Positions 54,854 through 64,000 of a stretch of 64,000 nt of DNA are shown in pieces (position 1 is the first letter of the stretch; every line of letters starts with the position of its first letter). The notes below the pieces were generated by a model. It had not been told where the DNA came from, made no database searches, and saw only the letters and a list, made by a program, of their open reading frames with translations. Location of the stretch: the NCBI GenBank assembly GCA_964016885.1, contig OZ024740.1:139934001-139998000 (forward strand). The letters are read 5' to 3'. Position numbers and translations under genes: made by a program. The stretch is from Eledone cirrhosa. Its lineage: Eukaryota.

Positions 54854-55482
54854 CTAGCAGTGGTACCCGGCGTTGCACGGGATAAGGTATTTTGGAACGC
54901 GGGCCGCCAACAGACCTAATCGTGGAAAAACTGCATGCCTGGACAATATGTAAAGAAAATAAACCGAATACTCTGATGGCTGGATAATCTTTAACATTTT
55001 CCTCGAGGAAGCAGGAAAAATGCAGGTTTTCACCTAGGGGATCAAGAAAATTAATTTTTTTTATGTGCATAATATACCTTGAAATTTTGGCTTGAAAATC
55101 GGCTAGACGTAACGCCTCAAAAAAGCCCTAAAAAGCTGAAAAAATGAAGTTTTTCACCTAATGCGGGCCCTAGGCCATAAAAAAGTTGGATTTTCTTTGC
55201 TCACGGTATGAAGAAGAGACTGACTAATACATAGTTACAATTTCAAGGAAATCGGTCTGAAGTAACGCCTCAAAAAACACCTAAAAAGCTGAAAAAACGC
55301 AGTTTTTCACCTAATGCGGACCCAAGGCGATCAAAAAGTTAATTTTTTATGTGCATAACACTCCCTGAAACATAAGTAATACACATATAAAGTTTGAAAA
55401 AAATCGGTTGGGTACTTCTCGAGTTTTAGGAATTCAAATTCACAGACACACAGACAGACATCTTCAGTTTTATATATATAGA
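54854..55482 (-). mobile_element. Non-autonomous Helitron family H1, copy 1
   Basis: Minus strand starts TCTATATATATAAAACTG and ends with hairpin CCCGTGCAACGCCGGG...CTAG|T; internal about 160-bp subrepeats. Confidence 0.85.
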
Positions 55483-56432
55483 CGAGCTATTCGTAATAAT
55501 AAATATCTAAATAATAAATTCATTTTGTAAACTTTTATACTAAAGTGTAATTTAGGCCGAGAATATATTATACTTCAGAACAAAAAGCTACATAAGAAAT
55601 TTATTTTAAAGAAGCATTTTCTATTTGCGTGTTTCCACACTTTTCCCGTTATATTAACCTATATAACATCATTTCGTTCAGACCGTCAACGTGAAACTTT
55701 GTCTTGTTTTTGCTTAACGTAACTTCAGTTAATAAATGTATTTATTTACATGGAGGAGAGATCTTTTCCCGCGTATGTATCTTCACCTCGCTATTCTTAT
55801 TTTAAAGCCTTACTTGTTGATATATTTGTTTAAAATATTTCTCACGTCTGGCTTTATTTTCAAAGCCCCCTAATAGTTACCTTGAGTTCTCAGACAATAG
55901 AATCAATAATTTAAGAAAGATTTGGCGGCTGTTTCTAACAGGTTAAGTGACAACGTGGTCTTCGTTGGCGGGTTCATCCTTGAGTCACAATTTCCTTCAA
56001 AATTGTTTTGGTAGGAAGTAATAAAAATTTCTTGTTTGTTAAATCTAATAACTCCACACAATTTAGTGAAATACAAAAGTGACTTTATCTGAAAGCAGTC
56101 CTTTTGCCACCAAGAATCATTAATTAAATGTTTTAATCTGAAAACGACTGGAGTAAAAAAATTACTGTAAGATTAATTTTTCGGCCTATTAACTGTATCT
56201 TTAACCATGTGGCTAATGGTGAAACTATATTATTAACTCGTTACAGACCTTTAGAAATATGAATTATTGTATTAATTTAAATTTAGTCAAAATCTTCAAT
56301 GTTTCATTTCACGCGAGTTACTTATATAGTATGGGTGGTTCGGTGAAATACTGGTTTAGGAACCAAATCAATCTATGCATAGACAGAGTGTATAATAGAA
56401 AAAAAACGAAAAAGTTTCGTTTGTCACATCAG

Positions 56433-56521
56433 CCGTCTGATGAGCAGATCTATACTGGAGTCGGATCCATAACTCCTAATTGGTCACCTTGAGCCAATCC
56501 TGTGCGAAACGCGCGTAACAG
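56433..56521 (+). ncRNA. Type I HHR motif with branched stem II
   Basis: CCGT-CTGATGA-GCAG...[GGAGT/ACTCC][ATTGG/CCAAT]...CTGTGC-GAAA-CGCGCG-TA-ACAG. Confidence 0.65.
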
Positions 56522-56667
56522 ATCGATACGCGATAAATATTTTTTATATGTAAACGAAACTTCATTTTTTTCTATTTCGCATGCACACGCCCACACAACA
56601 GAAATTTATGATGGAAAATCAAAAGCACTTTTATAAACATGTTTTATTCTTTTAAATTTATTATATA

Positions 56668-57578
56668 CTAGCAGTGGTACCCGGCGTTGCACGGGATAAG
56701 GTATTTTGGAACGCGGGCCGCCAACAGACCTAATCGTGGAAAAACTGCATGCCTGGACAATATGTAAAGAAAATAAACCGAATACTCTGATGGCTGGATA
56801 ATCTTTAACATTTTCCTCGATGAAGCAGGAAAAATGCAGGTTTTCACCTAATGTGGGCCCTAGTGGATCAAGAAAATGAATTTTTTTTATGTGCATAATA
56901 TGCCTTGAAATTTCGGGAAAATCGGCTAGACGTAACGCCTCCAAAAAACCCTAAGAAGCTGAAAAAATGAAGTTTTTCACCTAATGGCCATAAAAAAGTT
57001 GGATTTTCTTTGCTCACAGTATGAAGAAGAGACTGACTAATACATAGTTACAATTTCAAGGAAATCGGTCTGACGTAACGCCTCAAACAACCCCTAAAAA
57101 GCTGGAAAAAACGCAGTTTTTCACCTAATGCGGGCCCTAGGAGATCAAAAAGTTGAATTTTGTATGTGCATAACACTCCCTGAAACATAAGTGATACACA
57201 TGTGAAGTTTGAAAAAAATCGGTTGGGTACTTCTCGAGTTTCAGGGATTCAAACTCACAGACCCACACACAGAGACAGACATCCTCAGGGAAGTGACGTA
57301 ATGCAGACAGCCAGACATACAGACATATTATAAGAGCGCGACGTTATATGTATGTATCTATCTAAAAAGGGAAAGACTAAGAATTATAGAGAGAGATCGC
57401 TAAATCGCCTAATGCGGTCCATAGGGCCATGAAAATTTGAAATTTCTTTTGCTCAGAACATTCCCTGAAACATAAGTATTACATGTGTAAAGTTTGAAAA
57501 CAGTCGGTTAGGTGGTTCTCGAGTTTTAGGGATTCAAACTCACACACATACAGACATCCTCAGTTTTAAATATATAGA
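56668..57578 (-). mobile_element. Non-autonomous Helitron family H1, copy 2 (longer, duplicated 5' region)
   Basis: Near-identical to copy 1 over about 600 bp; same TC/CTAG termini. Confidence 0.85.
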
Positions 57579-58083
57579 CTAGCAGAAAACCACCTCGTGG
57601 GCGGTTTTCTGCTAGCAAATCTAGTGTATATACTGATATTGTTGAGATTTGGATGAGAAATGTTTTCGGCACCACATGTTCACCGTCTCTCGGTGTGTCT
57701 TTTATGCATGTATAAATATATATGTTATCTATACGGTGAAATCTTTGAAATAAATATATGTTAAAACGAAAAAGGAGAAAAAGAGATTAGTGACGGAAAT
57801 ATAAACGTTATGATACATAAACGTTATGATATAACGATGGAAATATATCTTCAAATGGTCCTTGGCATGGTGTCAAGTCAGAACCGCCTCGAACTGGTTA
57901 CTTCTGGTTTGTGCAAGGTGTCTCTATGGCAACCAGCGATTCCCTCGGCCTCAGTGACCAAAGTCAGTGGAGAGGGGAAGGTAATGTTTCTATAGCGACA
58001 GTGTTTCTCTTGGTAGTACCAAAATGGAGAAAGGAAGGGGAAGGTAATATTTCTGTAGCACCTACATTTGAGTTTTAGGGAAG

Positions 58084-58129
<46 letters not shown>

Positions 58130-58147
58130 GAAATGCCCATATATTTC

Positions 58148-58188
<41 letters not shown>

Positions 58189-58407
58189 CACACACAGAAA
58201 TGTATATATATTTCTGTGTGTATATATATATATTTCTGTGTGTGTATATATATATATATTACACACACAGAAATGTACATATATTTCTTAGAACAAAATT
58301 ATTATTAATGTTTTGCTGTTCATAACAATTGGAATTGAAAAATTACTTTTGAAATTATTAGTTATTTTACTAATGCTTAGATATGTAAAAATGAAGCAAT
58401 GTTTCTA

Positions 58408-58598
58408 ATAATTGTTTCTACTTTTGGCACAAGGCCAGCAATTACCAGTACATTACTGGTACTTTATTTTATCGACCCCGTGAGGATGAAAGGCAAAGTT
58501 AACCTCGGCGGTATTTGAACTCAGACCGTAAAGGGACGTAACTCCATGCTATGAAGCATGGTGTCCGACTCTCTACAGATTCTGCCAATCCACCGCCC
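58408..58598 (-). mobile_element. SINE family A
   Basis: Consensus match. Confidence 0.9.
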
Positions 58599-60439
58599 TA
58601 ATGTCTGTACGTAATGAGGGAGTGAGAGGGGAGAGAAAGAAAGGCAGAGGTGAAGTGACGAAGTGACTCTCTTCTCCTTCTCCTCCTCCTCCTCCTCCTC
58701 CATCTCCCCATTCGTCACAGCGATAGAGGGGAGGAATGTTAGTGTGTTACAAAGAGAAAGAGTGAGAGTGAGAGAAACAGACAGACTAAAGGAGAGGGAT
58801 AGCTGGAGAGAGAGAGAGATAGCAACCACGCGCGGACGTGTTTCCACTGTCGGACAGACAGACAGAGAAATTGCTGGTTGTATATTATAAGGAGATATGT
58901 GTGGCTAAAACCAGCTTCAACTCTGTATGAACTTTGGAATGTAAGTAAAAATGGCTCAACCGCCGCAGTAAGCTAGGGGTATTTAGTAGCAGTATTTACA
59001 TTGCTCCAATAGTCACTGTGGCTTTTAATTCTGAACAATGATTTAGCTTCGAGATTCACACACCTACCAACGAGTTCCTCTTCTAATTGAGATTCAATGT
59101 CTGCATTTTCCTTTTCCAAATCAAACGTGAAACATGCAAAGGCAATATTTTATGCTTTCCTGTGTAGGTAGAGAATAAGCTGAGTGTGGCTTATAAAAAA
59201 AATGAGATTATATCTATATTAAATATATTTTAGGTCCAATATACACTGTGGGGTACACTAATATTTATTATTGAATAAATAAAGTTTAATGGCCAAGACG
59301 CATGCCATATCAGTTTATTTATTTAGTTTAGTTTAGTTTAGTTTACCAGACAGATAATAAAGAAGCTATATAGATTTTAATTCACAAGTTCAACAGGATT
59401 TGCTGTTGCTCCATATAACAATGGTGGAAGCCAGTGGTTCTCAGAGACCCGGGTCATATTTCTCGTCTCTTTGCAATCCCAGCTTTCTTCGATTCACTTC
59501 CATTATTTTAAATTGTCAACTAGTAATAGTTTTACTAAATTACTTTCAGTGTTAATTGCTAAAGCAATTTATTAAAACAAATTACATTATTGTTTTTTTT
59601 TTTGTGAACTGTTAATCCGTGACTGGACTTAGAGTTGGGTATATTAGCATTTCATTTGATATATATACAATGCAAACCTTTCTTTCCTAGTTTGGATTAC
59701 TCCCTTGACTAACATAATCTAACTGGCTTACAAGCTAATACAATGGTTTCGTACATGGGGTTTACAACCAGACAAACTGGGGGAGATCAACCTTGTAGAA
59801 CCAACTCACAAACAAGGACTTTAAACCAACGTTTCAATCCCAGGAAAACTGGTGATTTGAAAGATATGTCTTAAATTTGACCATAGATCAGCAACAGGGG
59901 GGCCACAGCCTACAAGTGGGCCGTTGAGCTATAAGCCTAGGAACTTTTCAAATTTTTATATTTATAAATGATATAATATACATTTGAGCTATGGTTAAAA
60001 CTGAAAGAAAATGAGACATTATAAAAAGAAGTGGCTGAGTCCTGTTTCTATGCTATTAGCCAATGTCATAGGTAAAAAAGAAAATCATAATTCTGCTCGA
60101 TGAAGGCTGACCTAGGATATACAACAACAACATATTTCAAGTTGGGTTTTGGAGGGAGGGGGGTTCTCTGTGAGTCTTGAGCCTTTTCAACGTTTTATAT
60201 GTAATATATGATATAATATACACGTGAGCCAAGGGAAAACTAAAACTAAAATACAAATCAAAAGTTGTCCAATTCGTAAAGTTGCTAATCCCTAAATTGG
60301 ACCTTAGATTGACAGTAACCACTGTAACAAGACACGAACTCTGGACCCTTCGATCAAGAACATTACACTTTATCTACATGGCTAATTCTTTAAATAATAA
60401 ACTAATGTATATGTATGTGTTCCTGCACGTGCATGAATT

Positions 60440-60529
<90 letters not shown>

Positions 60530-60727
60530 TGTGCTTGTGTGTCTGTGTGTGTCTGTGTGTCTGTGTCTGTATGTGTGTATGTATATACATATGTCGCTCC
60601 ATTCATTGTATTGAACGTATTGTTTAGTAATATTTTGATGTACTATGGGCATAATATATCATCAATCATTATCATTGCTATCATTGCTATAATCATCATC
60701 ATGATCATGTCAAAAGGATAGTCAAAT

Positions 60728-60760
60728 CATCATCAGCAGTAGCAGAAGCAGCAACTACAA

Positions 60761-60829
<69 letters not shown>

Positions 60830-60830
60830 C

Positions 60831-60862
<32 letters not shown>

Positions 60863-60930
60863 CAGCAGCAGCAGCAGAAGCAGCAGCAGCAGCAACAATA
60901 GTAGTAGTAGTAGTAGTAGTAGCAGTAGTA
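60728..60930. repeat. Compound (TAG)n/(CAG)n trinucleotide repeat
   Basis: Directly visible. Confidence 0.95.
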
Positions 60931-61356
60931 GACGACAATGACACAATTATCGTATTTTAATTGTCGGTGTTTTACAAGAACAATCAAAACAACAATATGT
61001 TGATGATGCTATCATTTCTAACAATACGAGGTGTGTTTCTTCGTTTGTTTGTTTGTTTTAGAAGAGGGGCTGTTAACAAAGAGATTTAGAATTGATCCAT
61101 GGTTTCATAGTTCATGAGTCACCGACTGTTGAATCACCATCAACCGGCTGTTGATTTCAACAAGTTGGTCAAACTTCTGCACTGAAACACGCCTCCCCAG
61201 ACAAAATGTTTACAACGAAACAGACATAGACATACGTTGTACATATACACATATGTATGTGTATGCATATATATGTACATACATGCATACACATACATGC
61301 ATATATGTTTATACATATTAAACATATTGGAATGGTGTGTATACGTGTGTGTCTGT

Positions 61357-61387
<31 letters not shown>

Positions 61388-61438
61388 GAGAGAGAGAGAT
61401 TTATATATATATATATAAATGAAAACAGAGAAATTAAT

Positions 61439-61622
61439 TGTTTCTACTTTAGGCACAAGGCCAGCAATTACCCAGTGCATTACTGGTACTTTATTTTATC
61501 GACCCCGTAAGGATGAAAGGCAAAGTCAACCTCGGCTGGATTTGAACTCAGATCGTAAAGGGACGTAACTATGCTGGAAAGCATGACGTCTGACCCTCTA
61601 CCGATACTGCCAATCCACCGTT
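61439..61622 (-). mobile_element. SINE family A with TSD
   Basis: TSD TGAAAACAGAGAAATTAAT at 61420-61438 and 61623-61641. Confidence 0.93.
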
Positions 61623-61870
61623 TGAAAACAGAGAAATTAATGTAAGCAAAATGCCAACAATAATTCAGACATATAAGTGACTATACCATCAAGATGAAAA
61701 CATTTTTAATGTAAGATGTGGGAAAGTAATACAATCTTAATTTAAAACAAATCAAGAAGAAAAACTTTATCCTCAGACTTTGTGTAAGTTGGGGAAAAAG
61801 CAGTATAATCTTAACTCAAAATAAAATCAAGAAGAAATACTTAACCGTCAATTTGGGGAAAACTACAAAT

Positions 61871-61950
61871 GCTCTATATAGTCTTAAAAGAGTATTTCAC
61901 GAAACTTTTCCGTGGGGTTAGTCACGTTTGGAATCGATCTTCAGTAGTAC
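61871..61950 (-). ncRNA. Type I HHR motif with extended stem III
   Basis: GTACTA-CTGAAGA-TCGA...TTCGT-GAAA-TACTCTT/TT/AAGACTA-TA-TAGAGC. Confidence 0.62.
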
Positions 61951-62205
61951 TCAACACATTAACTAAATACCACTGCTGAAATGCCGGAGGGGAATTAAAA
62001 GCAGGCAAACGACAGCGTGTAGACTTGAAATAACAAAACACACGTGGACGCACGCTAGTGATGGCAGGATGAGACAAAAAGCTGTTTACAAGAAACAACA
62101 GTCATAACATTCCGAAAAAAACTCAACAAAAATATGGAGTTCAGCATAAGCAATATTATCGCAGTTTTTTTAAACTAGGATTAGTCACAAATATTAAGTA
62201 GCACA

Positions 62206-62336
<131 letters not shown>

Positions 62337-62395
62337 GATAGAGAAAGAGAAGGGTGGAGAGCGGAGTGATAGATAGATAGATAGATAGATAGATA

Positions 62396-64000
62396 TATTT
62401 CTTTTATTTGCCACTAGGGCATCAAAAGTGGGACAAGTACAAAGGGGGGAGTTTACACAAAAAGGCGTCCTCAATAAGGAGAAGGCAATAACAAAATATA
62501 AAAATAAAATAAGATATAACAAAAAATAAAATTTTTAACAAAATCCTCAATAGAGAGGAGGCGCCTTGGGGGGTCGCACACACCCCCGAAAAAAGTGTGC
62601 AACCCTTCTCCTCAGGAGCACAGAGAAGGGGTGCTCCCTTGGTCTTTCATCTTCCTCACCTATAGTCTGATGTAGAGTGAAGGCCCATTCACACGGGCCA
62701 TTCTCGCCACTTTCACCCATCTTTCATAGAAACGGCTGGGGTGCAGCACCTCTCTCTCCATCCTGATCCTTCTTCCGAAATGATATCGGAAGAAACGGAC
62801 CAGTTGTTGGCCAGAGAGAAAGGTGCCCGACCTCAGTCCTTTCAGACGCGTCCACCATACAACCTCTTTCGCCATGGCTATTACGCACAGAAACACCGCC
62901 TCTGCTTCATCTTTGAAGGGGGGAGGTGGCTTGATCATTACAATAGACTCGGTGGTCAACCGGATCGGTCCCACCCTTGACAGCAGTTGTTCGACATAGC
63001 CCCACAGATCGGCTACGCCCGAGCAGTGTACTAATGCGTGTGCAACGGTTTCCTCGTCGCACACGCATCTGGGACAGATCTTTTTGGCGGGGTCCCTACC
63101 CGGGCGCCCGTGTCTGTAGAGCCTTTCTCGAACGGGTAAAGCCCCTCGGTAGCACTGCCAGGCCAGGGACTTCTGGAAGTTGTCCATAGGTCCCGGGCTG
63201 AATGTCCTACCGAACAGGCTGGCCAGTTCGTCCTCCTCCATGTCTAGGGCTTCTCCGAGGGCGTCGTCGCACCTGCTGCGTACCAGCCCTCTATAGAATG
63301 TTGCGGTGGAGTCTCCACTGATAACCGGATCCGCCTGCCAGAGGGCGGTGAGCGCCTGGGCACACTCAGTGTGCCAGGCGCCCAGTTTTCTCGGTCTTTG
63401 CTTGACCCAGGATTGCAGCTCGGTGAGTGAGACGAGTCTGGGAAAGGTTCGTCTCACAAACGAGGCCCACACCGGCTGTCCGGTGAGGAATACGTAGAGG
63501 TGCCGTAGCCTTAATGCGTGTTTACGCATCATTAGCCACGGCATCCCCAGCCCTCCTTTCGAAGGGTGTTGACAGCAGATGGATCTCCTCACCATAGGAG
63601 CCCGCCTCTTCCAAAGGAATTGGAAGAGCGCGCGCTCCATCTTGGTGAGGGTTTCCCTTGGGCAGGGCACTACGGTCAGGCGGTAGTAGATGACGGACGC
63701 TATGTAGGTGTTCGCCACCTCCGCCCGACCTTTCAGGGATAGTTTGCAACTGGCCCACTTCTGGGTCAGTGCAAACACCCTGTTCGTAACCTCCGCCCAG
63801 TTTTTCTCCACCTGGAGGTCCGGTCCGAACCAGACCCCGAGCAACTTCACCGGGCCCTCCGTCCAGCGTCCGACGACGCCATCGGAGGGCATCGGTCTGC
63901 CCCTCCACGTGCCGAGTTGCAAACCGATCGACTTGTCCCGGTTCAGCTTAGCCCCTGTGAACTTTTCGTACTCCTCCAGTAAGGTGCCGACCGCCTCGAT
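62396..64000 (-). mobile_element. Tx1-like LINE copy D (runs off the window end); uninterrupted ORF2 C-terminal part
   Basis: 420-aa ORF 62660-63922 homologous to copies A and C; AATAAA then (TATC)n at the 3' end. Confidence 0.93.

Noticed and set aside
57810-58075. Possible coding exon ending AAG|GTAATG
   Set aside because: No recognisable protein motif, no clear acceptor site, and the donor-like segment is locally duplicated.

Overview
Repeat-dense, AT-rich eukaryotic DNA, probably intronic or intergenic. The SINE families resemble those of octopod cephalopods (inference). No host protein-coding gene can be supported, and most ORF-track entries are microsatellite artefacts. Retroelements: a 5'-truncated CRE-clade RT+RLE element with a 12-bp TSD plus three 3' fragments; four copies of a Tx1-like LINE, each abutting (GATA)n; at least four Penelope-like elements (PLEs) of two lineages; RTE relics; and about 20 tRNA-derived SINEs. 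DNA elements and repeats: a mariner relic, MITEs, two Helitron families, a 2.3-kb 44/49-bp minisatellite and a 200-N gap. The most notable signal is a dense set of about 12 type-I hammerhead ribozyme (HHR) motifs from several unrelated families, folded by eye. They sit at PLE 3' ends, in short fold-back cassettes inside (TA)n tracts, and as ORF-less orphans. Variants include branched stem II with covariation, a U3-A8 compensated core, and a three-copy palindromic half-hammerhead family. All RNA structures are manual predictions and coordinates are approximate to a few bases.
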